Assembly: GCA_963847445.1 (NCBI GenBank)
Contig: CAWJZV010000045.1
Span: 1 to 64,000, forward strand
DNA: 64,000 bases
Origin: an uncultured delta proteobacterium
GTDB lineage: Bacteria > Desulfobacterota > Binatia > UBA9968
Direction: 5' to 3'
Shown here: positions 42,929 through 52,156 of the stretch, piece by piece
Position numbering within the stretch: position 1 is the first letter of the stretch
How the letters are laid out: each line of letters starts with the position of its first letter
The notes under the pieces: model-generated
The model's input: only the letters and a program-made list of their open reading frames with translations
The model's database searches: none
What the model was told of the DNA's origin: nothing
Made by a program: the position numbers and the translations under genes

Positions 42929-44104
42929 ATGAACGGTTGTTTAGATGGCATCAAAGTTCTGGAATTGGGCAATTTTATTTCCGGGCCCTACGGCGCGATG
43001 TTGCTCGCCGACATGGGCGCGGAGGTGATTAAAGTCGAGAATCCCAAGGGCGGCGATCCCTTTCGCGGCTGGGACCTGGGCGGCGATGAGCCGAACTTCT
43101 GGGCGTACAATCGCGGCAAGCGCAGCATCACGCTCAATCTGCAGACTCCCGAGGGCAAAGAAATCTTTCTAGCTTTGGCCAAGACTGCCGACGTAGTTCT
43201 CGACAACTATCGGCCCGGGGTCATGAAAAAGCTTGGCATCGATTACGACACCGTGAGCAAGACCAATCCGGGGGTGATCTATCTTTCGATCACCGGCACC
43301 GGACCGACCGGACCTTACGTCAAGCGGCCGGCTTATGACACCGTCGGCCAAGGGCTGGGCGGCATGCTGAGCTTGCTGATGGACGCGCAGAATCCCCGGC
43401 CCCTCGGTCCCAATTACGCCGACAGTTTGAGCGGCATGTTCGCTACCATCGGCGTGCTCGGCGCCATCGCCGCGCGGGCGAAGACCGGCAAGGGCCAGCA
43501 AGTCGATACCACGATGGCCGGTTCCGTCCTGGCGTTTTTGATCGCTCCGGCGACCGATTCACTTGCCACTGGAAAGATTCCCGGTCCCTACACCCGGCCG
43601 ATGCAGTCGCAGACCTACGCGTTCACCGGTTCCGATGGCGCCATGTTCGCGATTCATCTTTCCTCGCCGGAGAAATTCTGGGAAGGATTATGCAAAGCCG
43701 CCGGCCATGCGGAACTGATCGACGACCCGCGCTTCAACACGCGGCCCAACCGGCGCAAGAACTACGACGATCTCGCCAAAACCTTCGGCGAGTTCTTCAA
43801 AGAAAAACCGCGCGCTCACTGGATGGCACGGCTCGAAGCCGAGGACGTGCCGCACACGCCGGTCTACAACATGCAGGAAGTTTTCCAAGACCCGCAGATC
43901 AAACATATGGGCTTGGAGATCGAGATCGAACGCAAAGACAAGCCGAACATTCGCACAGTGGCGTTCCCGAACCAGTATAGCGACAGCAAGAATCCCCACC
44001 CGTTGCCGCCGCCGGAGTTGGGCGAACACAACGCTGAGTACTTGAAGCCGCTGGGTTATACCGACCAGCAGATCGCCGAGTTCAAGGAGAAGGGAATCAT
44101 TTGA
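42929..44104 (+). CDS. CaiB/BaiF family III CoA-transferase (paralog 2)
   Basis: Highly similar to 40914-42089 along the full length. Confidence 0.92.
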   Translation: MNGCLDGIKVLELGNFISGPYGAMLLADMGAEVIKVENPKGGDPFRGWDLGGDEPNFWAYNRGKRSITLNLQTPEGKEIFLALAKTADVVLDNYRPGVMKKLGIDYDTVSKTNPGVIYLSITGTGPTGPYVKRPAYDTVGQGLGGMLSLLMDAQNPRPLGPNYADSLSGMFATIGVLGAIAARAKTGKGQQVDTTMAGSVLAFLIAPATDSLATGKIPGPYTRPMQSQTYAFTGSDGAMFAIHLSSPEKFWEGLCKAAGHAELIDDPRFNTRPNRRKNYDDLAKTFGEFFKEKPRAHWMARLEAEDVPHTPVYNMQEVFQDPQIKHMGLEIEIERKDKPNIRTVAFPNQYSDSKNPHPLPPPELGEHNAEYLKPLGYTDQQIAEFKEKGII

Positions 44105-44205
44105 GGGCGCTTTCTCGCGGAGAGGCGGGGAAGCGACTCTGGTTTGCTTGGATCGCCGCAAGCGATGGGTTGTGGTATATTGCCGGCATGGATTCGGAGT
44201 TGAAG

Positions 44206-44430
44206 ATGTCATTACCTGAACCACTGATCACCATGTCGCCTGATCGCATGAGCGGTGCACCCGTGTTTGCTGGCACGAGAGTTCCGGTACAGACCCTCAT
44301 CGAATATCTCGAAGCGAACGACTCGCTCAACGATTTCCTGGAAGACTTTCCCAGTGTGTCGCGGGAGCACGCCATTGCCGTTTTGGAGCTTGCTAAAACC
44401 GCGTTGCTAGCGAAAGCCGCCGCGGCGTAA
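44206..44430 (+). CDS. DUF433 antitoxin (VapB45-like)
   Basis: PDRMSGAPVFAGTRVPVQTLIEYL..FLEDFPSV. Confidence 0.88.
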   Translation: MSLPEPLITMSPDRMSGAPVFAGTRVPVQTLIEYLEANDSLNDFLEDFPSVSREHAIAVLELAKTALLAKAAAA

Positions 44431-44446
44431 TTGCCTTGGAGCCAGC

Positions 44447-44782
44447 GTGCGAGTTCTTCTCGATAGCTGCGTGCCTAGAAAGCTTGCCCGCGAAATATCC
44501 GCACACGAAGTCCGGACTGCGCCACAATTGGGTTGGGGAGATCTCGACGATGGCCCGTTACTGACGGCCATCAGCGGTGGGTTCGATGCTTTCATCACCG
44601 TCGACAAGAGTCTGAGACATCAGCAAAACCTTAGCAGCCGTTTATTCGGTGTGATTATTCTGCGTGCTAAGACAAATAGACTCTTGGATCTGCTCCCGCT
44701 TGTGCCTGAGCTACGGGCGGTTCTAGATGAAATTCAACCTGGCGAGGTTCGTGAGATTGGAATCATTGACGATTCAAAATGA
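44447..44782 (+). CDS. DUF5615 PIN-like toxin (VapC45-like)
   Basis: MRVLLDSCVP..GWGDLDDG..FITVDKSLRHQQN. Confidence 0.85.
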   Translation: MRVLLDSCVPRKLAREISAHEVRTAPQLGWGDLDDGPLLTAISGGFDAFITVDKSLRHQQNLSSRLFGVIILRAKTNRLLDLLPLVPELRAVLDEIQPGEVREIGIIDDSK

Positions 44783-44797
44783 TACTCTATTACCATC

Positions 44798-44881
44798 ATG
44801 AATCGACTTGCCGAGCGACCTTCGTTTCAGCGCGTGCTTCAGGAAGCAGCGCCTTATCTAGCGGCGTTCAATAAGAAGTAG
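44798..44881 (+). pseudogene. Possible C-terminal remnant of a glutathione S-transferase
   Basis: Manual translation MNRLAERPSFQRVLQEAAPYLAAFNKK* resembles the GST C-terminal RL..RPSF.RV..EA.PY motif. Confidence 0.45.
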
Positions 44882-44901
44882 AACCGCCGTATGACGGGTT
44901 A

Positions 44902-46080
44902 ATGATCGATTACGACGTAGCAGTGATCGGCGCTGGCGCCGCCGGCTTGATGTGCGCCATCGAGGCGGGCAAGCGCGGCCGGCGCGTTCTCGTCATCGAA
45001 CATAGTGACCGCGTCGGCAAGAAAATTCTCATCTCCGGCGGCGGACGCTGTAACTTCACCAACCTCAACGTCACGCCGGACAATTTTCTCTCGGCCAATC
45101 CGCACTTCTGCAAGTCCGCGCTGGCGCGCTACACGCAGTGGGATTTTATCGCCATGGTGGAGCGTCATGGCATCGCCCATCACGAAAAGGAGCTGGGCCA
45201 GTTGTTCTGCGATCAATCGGCGCGCCAGATCGTCAAGCTGCTGACCGACGAATGCAGCCAGGCGGGCGTGCGAATAGCGACCGATTGCACTGTGAACAGC
45301 GTGGAGCGCGGCGCCGCGGGGTTTGTCATCAAGAGCAATCGCGGCTCATTCGCAGCGGTGTCTTTGGTGGTTGCTTGTGGCGGCCTGTCGGTGCCGAAGA
45401 TGGGCGCCAGCGGATTTGGCTACGAACTCGCCAAGCGATTCGGCCACGGCATCGTGCCGACACGCGCCGGTCTGGTGCCGTTGGTTTTCAGCGCGGACGA
45501 TCTGGTGCGGTATAAAGATCTGTCCGGTGTTGCCCTGCCTGTACAGGTCGAGTGTCGCGGGCAAAGTTTCGCCAACGCGTTGTTGTTCACCCATCGCGGC
45601 ATCAGCGGTCCGGCGATTTTGCAAATCTCGTCTTATTGGCAGCCGGGCGATGACCTGACGATTAATTTTCTGCCGTTGACCGATGCCGACGCTTGGCTGA
45701 AAGGGCGACAGTCCGCGCGACCGGACGCGGAGTTGAAAACCGTGCTTGGCGAATTCCTGCCGAAACGCCTGGCGCAACGGTTGTGCGAGATCGAACTGGG
45801 CAGCCGGCCGCTGCGCCAATATTCCCAGCGCGACATGCGGGCGATCTGCGAGCGGCTGCAAAGTTGGCGCTTTCGGCCGAACGAAACCGAAGGCTATCGG
45901 ACCGCGGAGGTCACCCTCGGCGGCGTCAACACCGACGAACTCTCATCGACTACGATGGAGTCGAAGATCGTTGCCGGCCTATATTTCATCGGCGAAGTCG
46001 TCGATGTCACCGGCCATCTTGGCGGTTTCAATTTCCAGTGGGCCTGGTCGTCGGGTCATGCGGCCGGTCAGGTGGTGTAG
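44902..46080 (+). CDS. HI0933/YhiN family flavoprotein
   Basis: GAGAAG, GKKILISGGGRCNFTN, LFTHRGISGP, AEVTLGGV, GGFNFQWAWSSG. Confidence 0.92.
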   Translation: MIDYDVAVIGAGAAGLMCAIEAGKRGRRVLVIEHSDRVGKKILISGGGRCNFTNLNVTPDNFLSANPHFCKSALARYTQWDFIAMVERHGIAHHEKELGQLFCDQSARQIVKLLTDECSQAGVRIATDCTVNSVERGAAGFVIKSNRGSFAAVSLVVACGGLSVPKMGASGFGYELAKRFGHGIVPTRAGLVPLVFSADDLVRYKDLSGVALPVQVECRGQSFANALLFTHRGISGPAILQISSYWQPGDDLTINFLPLTDADAWLKGRQSARPDAELKTVLGEFLPKRLAQRLCEIELGSRPLRQYSQRDMRAICERLQSWRFRPNETEGYRTAEVTLGGVNTDELSSTTMESKIVAGLYFIGEVVDVTGHLGGFNFQWAWSSGHAAGQVV

Positions 46081-46164
46081 ATTGCACCGGCAAAATCGCT
46101 TTAAGCGCGCTAGCTGCACAGTCACGATGAGCGTATGTAACGATTCATCAGAACGGAGGAGTCC

Positions 46165-46635
46165 ATGGAGATACCGATCAGAAAGGCCGTTTTCGACGAT
46201 GCGGCCGGGATCGCAAAATTGCTGCAAGGCATAGGATGGTTCGAGGCGTTCAGCAGCCGGGAGTTCAAGGACTCGGTCACGCGAGTTGAAGGCCGGCTTC
46301 GGCAATGTCTCGCCGACGATAGTCACTCCATCTACGTCGCCGAATCGCCCCATGGCGAGATCGCTGGCTATGGTTCGGTGCACTGGCTGCCGTATCTTTT
46401 CATGGCCGGGCCAGAGGGTTATGTTTCTGAATTATTCGTTCGGGATGACGCGCGCGGACAAGGGGTGGGCCGCCAACTGCTCAGAATCATCGAGGTCGAA
46501 GCACGGGCGCGCGGCTGTCAACGGCTCTCCCTGATTAACCTGCGCAACCGCGAATCCTACCAGCGGCAGTTTTATCTTAAAGCCGGCTGGAGCGAACGCA
46601 GTGAAGCGGCGAACTTCGTATATACGATTTCCTAA
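46165..46635 (+). CDS. GNAT acetyltransferase
   Basis: VSELFV..ARGQGVGRQLL..FYLKAGW. Confidence 0.88.
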   Translation: MEIPIRKAVFDDAAGIAKLLQGIGWFEAFSSREFKDSVTRVEGRLRQCLADDSHSIYVAESPHGEIAGYGSVHWLPYLFMAGPEGYVSELFVRDDARGQGVGRQLLRIIEVEARARGCQRLSLINLRNRESYQRQFYLKAGWSERSEAANFVYTIS

Positions 46636-46648
46636 GCTACGCGCTTCG

Positions 46649-47359
46649 TTAGCTGATTGCCAATTCTCTTCCGAGGAAACTCGCCATCAGGCCCCACGCT
46701 TGTTCGGCTAATGCCGGATCGTAGCAGTCGCCGTCGGCCATGGCGAAGCCGTGACCGGCACGGTGGAAGAAGTGCCAGTCCAATGGCTGGCCGTTGGCTT
46801 GGAAGCTCGCCATTAGTTTTTGCTGCACCGGAATGCTGGCGACATGATCCTTGCCGCCGAGGAAGATTTGCGAAGGGCATTTGAAATCTTTGACCGCGTC
46901 GTTGGGATGACGCGGCCGGAGTTTGCTCGGCTCTTCATCGCGCACCGACGGATAGTAACCGACGAAGGCGCGCGCGCTCGGCGTCGCGGCGACGAAGTGA
47001 ATGCCGATGCGGCCGCCCATGCAGTAGCCGACCACGGCGCAGCGCTTGGCGTCCACCTCCGGTCTGCTGGTGAGATAATTCCAAGAGCGGGTGAGGATCT
47101 CGATGAACTGACCGTCGGTGGTGGTCTTTTGTGCTTCATGCACGCCATCGGCGGCGCCGAGCATCTTATATAAGTCCGGAACGATCGTCGTGTAGCCGAG
47201 CTTGGCGTAGTCGCAGACTTTGACTTTCATGTTGCCGGTGCAGCCATAGTGATGGTGCACGATCATGATGCCGGGACCGGGCTCTTTGCGGTCGGGATGG
47301 GCGAGATAACCGGGCACGCCGTCTTTGTTCATGTCTAAATCGCGATTGACAATTTTCAT
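46649..47359 (-). CDS. Dienelactone hydrolase family protein
   Basis: VGYCMGG, GYYP, AGHGF. GGAGG RBS. Confidence 0.88.
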   Translation of the reverse strand: MKIVNRDLDMNKDGVPGYLAHPDRKEPGPGIMIVHHHYGCTGNMKVKVCDYAKLGYTTIVPDLYKMLGAADGVHEAQKTTTDGQFIEILTRSWNYLTSRPEVDAKRCAVVGYCMGGRIGIHFVAATPSARAFVGYYPSVRDEEPSKLRPRHPNDAVKDFKCPSQIFLGGKDHVASIPVQQKLMASFQANGQPLDWHFFHRAGHGFAMADGDCYDPALAEQAWGLMASFLGRELAIS

Positions 47360-47390
47360 TGATTTATCCTCCAATTTATTTAGCTATTGC

Positions 47391-47535
47391 GGGTTTCCAG
47401 TGAAGAAGAATTCACCACAGAGGCACAGAGTTGAGAGTTCGGAGTATTTTTAAATCACAAAGTGGTTACTCTGCGCCCTCTGCGTCTCCGCGGTGCAATC
47501 TCCGAGCCGTGCTTCACAGGAAAGCCTGAAAACCC
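47391..47535 (+). repeat. Family-C element (copy C1)
   Basis: GGGTTTCCAGTGAAG..CTTCACAGGAAAGCCTGAAAACCC imperfect terminal inverted repeats around a CACCACAGAG/CTCCGCGGTG doublet. Confidence 0.7.
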
Positions 47536-47537
47536 AT

Positions 47538-48377
47538 TTAATTCGGCAGCGGCCAGCGTAACCATTCGGCCAGACCGCGGCCCATGATCCATTCCAACTC
47601 GGTCGACGATAGCGACTTCATTTCTTCGGTGAACAACGTCACCACTTGTTTATACGGACAGGGCAGGTGGGACAAATCGGTGCCCCAGAAGCAGCGCTGC
47701 GGACCGAAAGCATCGACGACGCGGCGCACCAGCGGGTGCAGGGTTGGGAAAGGATACGCCTCGTTGACGTAACATGGCAGCGCGGAGACTTTAACCGCGA
47801 GGTTCTTGTGGCGCGCGAGTTTGATCACGGTATCGACCGACGGGTCAAGCGGTTTGCCGCGCAGCACTGAATTCAGCCCCATGTGATCGACGATCAAGCG
47901 CAGCCCCGGATGGCGTTCGGCGACTTCGCCGAGCTTGGGCACATCGGCCGGTGCCAATGTCATCACCGGAATGTCGTATTTCTCAGCGGCATCCCAGAAC
48001 CAGTCGGCGGTGCCATCGTTCAACCACTGCGCCGACTGGCCGCGGTTGAAAACCATGCGGATACCCAACATGAACGGTTGTTGTTTCCAGGCGGCCATCA
48101 ACGCCGGGCCGTTGGGATTGGTCAACGCGAGTTTGCCCATGACGCGGAAGCGCTCGGGGTGGAGCCGCGCCGCTTCCAGCGAAGTATCGTTGCGGTCGGC
48201 TTCCCAGGTGGGCGGCACGAGAATGCAACGCGATACACCGGCGCCGTCCATCTCGCGCAACAGTTCGTCGTGACCGAGGGGCTGGGCGCGATGGGGCGGC
48301 GAGGCGTTTTCCTTGGCGTAAGGCTTGTCCGGTGTCTCTGGAGCCCAGATATGAACTTGTGAGTCGATGATAAACAT
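47538..48377 (-). CDS. Amidohydrolase_2 family protein
   Basis: IIDSQVHIW, LIVDHMG, VKVSALP, FGPQRCFWGTD. Confidence 0.9.
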   Translation of the reverse strand: MFIIDSQVHIWAPETPDKPYAKENASPPHRAQPLGHDELLREMDGAGVSRCILVPPTWEADRNDTSLEAARLHPERFRVMGKLALTNPNGPALMAAWKQQPFMLGIRMVFNRGQSAQWLNDGTADWFWDAAEKYDIPVMTLAPADVPKLGEVAERHPGLRLIVDHMGLNSVLRGKPLDPSVDTVIKLARHKNLAVKVSALPCYVNEAYPFPTLHPLVRRVVDAFGPQRCFWGTDLSHLPCPYKQVVTLFTEEMKSLSSTELEWIMGRGLAEWLRWPLPN

Positions 48378-48454
48378 CGGCGGATATCCTCGTTTGAATT
48401 GCGTAATAGCGACGATACGGACGTGATAGTCCAGTTTCTGCTCATACGTCAAGG

Positions 48455-48483
48455 AGGAGGGCGGGTTTAAAACCCGCCCCTAC
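48455..48483 (-). repeat. GTAG-type REP hairpin
   Basis: Reverse complement GTAGGGGCGGGTTTTAAACCCGCCC. Confidence 0.7.
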
Positions 48484-48527
48484 GATGATCGTTGCCGTGG
48501 CCTGTTTGCCGGTACGCCCAGCGCACC

Positions 48528-49964
48528 CTATGGATTCGGAGAAATGCGAGCAAGAACTTTTTCCGCCGCCTCTTCGCCGGTGCGGACGCAGTCGGAGATG
48601 CCGACGCCATGGTAGGCGCTGCCGGCGAGGGTGAGGGTAGGGAACGATTGCAATGCGCCGTCAATTCGTTTCACCCGGGCTTCGTGGCCGACATGGTATT
48701 GCGGCATCGAATTGGCGTGGCGCCAGATGCGCGAAAATATCGGTGTGGCGGTGATGCCGAGCAGGCCCGCCAGTTCGCCTCGGACGCTGCTCTCCATCTC
48801 GCCGTCACTTGCGGCAAATAGTTCAGGCTGCAAGCTGCCGCCGACGAAAGCGCGCAGGAGAATCTTATCCTCGGGCGCGCGGCCGGGATATTTCAGGCTG
48901 CTGAATGTGCAGGCCATGATCTTACGTCTCTCGATGGCCGGCACGACGAAGCCAAAACTGTTCGGCGCTTGGGGAAAATCTTCGCGGCGGTAGGCGAGGC
49001 TGACGGTGGCGGTGGAAGCGTAGGAGATCGATTTCAATTCGCCGGCGGCATTACTGTCGATGGGGCTCAGCAAATCGCCGGCACGAAAAGCGGGGGTGGC
49101 GAGAACTACCGCGTCGGCGGCGATGACATGATTATCGCCGGCGGTAACCTGCCAGCTCTTTCCGTTGGGGCCAAGCTTCAGTTGTTTAGCCGCGCAGTTC
49201 AATCGCACGCTGCCGTCGGGCAGACGCTCGGCGAGCGTGTCGACGAGTTCCTGCATGCCGCCGGCGAGGGTGACGAATAGACTCCAACGCGCGCCGCTGC
49301 CGGTTTCAGCTGATGTCGCACTTTTGGCGCGCTGGCGCTGGGCCGACCACATGGCGTAGATGACGCTGCGGCGATCGCGTTCCATTTCTTTGAAGCGCGG
49401 CATGGTGGCGCCGAGGCTGAGCCTATCGGGATCGGCGGCGTAGATGCCGCCGACCAGCGGTTGAGCGACCCGTTCCAAGGCTTCGTTGCCGAAACGGCGG
49501 CGCACGAAGGCGCCTAGGCTTTCGTCGTCGGACAATTCGCCGCGCGGTAAAAGCAGCTCGCCCGCCATGCGCAGCTTGCCCGGCCAGGAAAACAGCGGGG
49601 TTTGGATAAACGGCCAGAGGCGCGTCGGCGCGAGCAGGAAGAATCCTTCGGGAAGCGCGACCAGTTGGCCGTTGTGAACGATAAATATTTTTTGATAGGC
49701 CGACTGTGTTGAAACCAGCCGATGGGTTAGACCGATCCGCTCGCATAACTTGAGCGCCCAAGGCTTCTCGGTGATGAACGAATCGGGGCCGGCTTCGACG
49801 AGAAACTCGCCGACGCGCTCGGTAGCGATGGAACCGCCGAGGCGTCCGGATGCTTCGAGCAGTGTAACGTCGATGCTGAGCGAATTCGTGCCGGCAAGTT
49901 CAGTGAGGCGGTGAGCGGCGGCGAGTCCGGCGATGCCGCCGCCGATGACGACTATTCGTTGCAT
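48528..49964 (-). CDS. hemY: Proto/coproporphyrinogen oxidase HemY
   Basis: GGGIAGL, EAGPDSF, GGIYAAD, GFVVP, MPQYHVGH, GVGISDCV. Confidence 0.92.
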   Translation of the reverse strand: MQRIVVIGGGIAGLAAAHRLTELAGTNSLSIDVTLLEASGRLGGSIATERVGEFLVEAGPDSFITEKPWALKLCERIGLTHRLVSTQSAYQKIFIVHNGQLVALPEGFFLLAPTRLWPFIQTPLFSWPGKLRMAGELLLPRGELSDDESLGAFVRRRFGNEALERVAQPLVGGIYAADPDRLSLGATMPRFKEMERDRRSVIYAMWSAQRQRAKSATSAETGSGARWSLFVTLAGGMQELVDTLAERLPDGSVRLNCAAKQLKLGPNGKSWQVTAGDNHVIAADAVVLATPAFRAGDLLSPIDSNAAGELKSISYASTATVSLAYRREDFPQAPNSFGFVVPAIERRKIMACTFSSLKYPGRAPEDKILLRAFVGGSLQPELFAASDGEMESSVRGELAGLLGITATPIFSRIWRHANSMPQYHVGHEARVKRIDGALQSFPTLTLAGSAYHGVGISDCVRTGEEAAEKVLARISPNP

Positions 49965-50020
49965 CAAAATACCGGTCGAGGATGGATGATTGAGGATCGA
50001 GGATTGCGATCGTCCATCTT

Positions 50021-50971
50021 CTATCCTCTATTATCCTCGACGGATTTGATCTTGGCGGCAATTAAATCCGCGATCATGCGCACGAACGTCGGATGGTCAT
50101 TGGGACAGCCAGCGCGGATCAGTTCGACCCCCAGATCGTTGGCGATTTTTTTCGCTTCGATGTCTAAGTCATAGAGCACTTCGACATGATCGCAGACAAA
50201 GCCGATGGGCGCGACGATGATTTGCTTTTCGCCCCGCAGCCGCCAAGTCGCGGATCGCCTGGCCGATATCCGGTTCGAGCCAGGGATCGCCCGGTCTGCC
50301 GCTGCGGCTTTGATAAGCGAGCGACCATTGCGGGTGGCTTAGCTTGGTCGCGATGAGCTGGGCGCTCGTGGTTAGTTGTTCGACGTAAGCGAGAGCGACC
50401 GGCCATGGCCGTCGGCAAACTGTGGGCGGTGAAAATCAACGGTGTGCTCTGTCGCCGGTCAGCGTGGATTCCCTTCGTTCGCCGTTTGAATCAGCTCCGT
50501 CCAGCTTTGAATAAATAGCGGATGGTCATGCCAGCCGTCGCAATAATCGACTTCGGGTGCGCTGCCGCCCAGCTCCGCGCGGGCGTCGGCGATATTTTCC
50601 TGATAGCGCTCCCAGCTCGCTGCGCTGCGATGTGACGAAAGAATGAATCCGAGGGCGCGCGTGACGCCGGCGGCTGCCATCTGTGCCAACGTATCGACGA
50701 AGAAAGGCGCCGCATTGCGCATGCCGACGTATACCGGCAGCCTGTTGTTCAGGAAATTCTTCAATGCGTTTGCCTGACGAAAGGTGATTTCGTTGAGCGG
50801 CGATTTGCCGCCGACCGCTTCGTAGTGGCGGGCAACTTCCTCAAGACGCGCCGCTGGGATCGGAATGCCTTTGGTTACGCGGGCGAGAAAGGGGCGAATT
50901 TCTTCAAGGCAAGTAGGGCCGCCGAAAGCGATGAGCAGGATGGCCTGGTACGGGTGCGGCATCGGGGTCAA
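50021..50971 (-). CDS. hemH: (Copro)ferrochelatase (several frameshifts)
   Basis: [67 protein letters not shown]. Confidence 0.88.
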
Positions 50972-51076
50972 TGGAGTGATGGAGTGCTGGAGTATTGGAG
51001 TGTTGGGACGGACGGGGAGTTCTGCGAATTTAACATCACTCCATCACTCCAGTACTCCATGTTTCCAACTCTTCTT

Positions 51077-52111
51077 CTACCTTGCGCTCAGTTCGTGCAC
51101 GGCGTCGACCATGGCGATCACATGATCGACCGGAGTTTCCGGCAGGACGCCGTGGCCGAGATTGAAAATATGGCCGGGACGGCCGGCGGCGCGGCGCAGG
51201 ATCTCAGCCACTCGGTTTTTGATTTCCTTCGGCGCAGCGAATAGCGCGACCGGATCGAGGTTGCCTTGGACGGCGACGTCGTGGCCGACGGTGGCCCAAC
51301 CTTCGTCAAGATTGACACGCCAGTCCAGGCCGATGACATCGCCGCCGGCGGCACGGATATTCTTCAGCAAACCGCTGGTGCCGGTGCTGAAGTTGATCAC
51401 CGGCACACCGGGAGTGACCGCGTCGATCACCGCTTTGGTGTAGGGTTGAACAAATTGCTCGTAGTCGGATGGCGTCAGACAGCCGGCCCAGCTATCGAAG
51501 ATCTGCACAGCTTGGGCGCCGGCGGCGATCTGGCAATTCAAATACTCGCCGATGAGTTTCGCCAGCCGTTCCATCAGGCGCTTCCACGCTTCCGGCGCGC
51601 CATAAAAAAGCTTCTTGGTATGGACATAGTTGCGCGAGCCGCTGCCTTCGATCAAGTAGGACGCCAGGGTGAACGGCGCGCCGGCAAAGCCGATGAGCGG
51701 CACTTTGTTGTGCAATTCCTTGCGAATCTTTTTGACCGACTCGTAGACGTAGGCGAGTTCGCTCTCGACCTTGAAATCTATCAAGCCGTCGACATCCTTG
51801 CCGCTGCGCACCGGCCGATGGATCACCGGGCCATCGCCTTTGGAGTATTCCAGGCCGACGCCCATCGGTTCGAGGATCAACAGGATATCGGCGAACAATA
51901 TCGCCGCGTCGACGTTCAACTTCTCCACTGGCGTGACCGTGATCTCGGTGGCGAGATCGGGCTTCTTGCACAGTTCGAGAAAGCCATGTTGGGCGCGCAG
52001 CTTGCGGTATTCTTCCATGTAACGGCCGGCCTGGCGCATGAGCCAGACCGGAGTGAATGAAGTCGGTTCGCGCCGGCAGGCGGCAAGAAAAGGATGATTC
52101 GTAGTAGCCAT
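51077..52111 (-). CDS. hemE: Uroporphyrinogen decarboxylase
   Basis: PVWLMRQAGRY, IGFAGAPFTLASY, QIFDSW, QGNLDP, IFNLGHG. Confidence 0.95.
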   Translation of the reverse strand: MATTNHPFLAACRREPTSFTPVWLMRQAGRYMEEYRKLRAQHGFLELCKKPDLATEITVTPVEKLNVDAAILFADILLILEPMGVGLEYSKGDGPVIHRPVRSGKDVDGLIDFKVESELAYVYESVKKIRKELHNKVPLIGFAGAPFTLASYLIEGSGSRNYVHTKKLFYGAPEAWKRLMERLAKLIGEYLNCQIAAGAQAVQIFDSWAGCLTPSDYEQFVQPYTKAVIDAVTPGVPVINFSTGTSGLLKNIRAAGGDVIGLDWRVNLDEGWATVGHDVAVQGNLDPVALFAAPKEIKNRVAEILRRAAGRPGHIFNLGHGVLPETPVDHVIAMVDAVHELSAR

Positions 52112-52156
52112 GATGTTCGTCGAGATGGAAAACAGTATGAAGCTTTAGCGGCAAAA

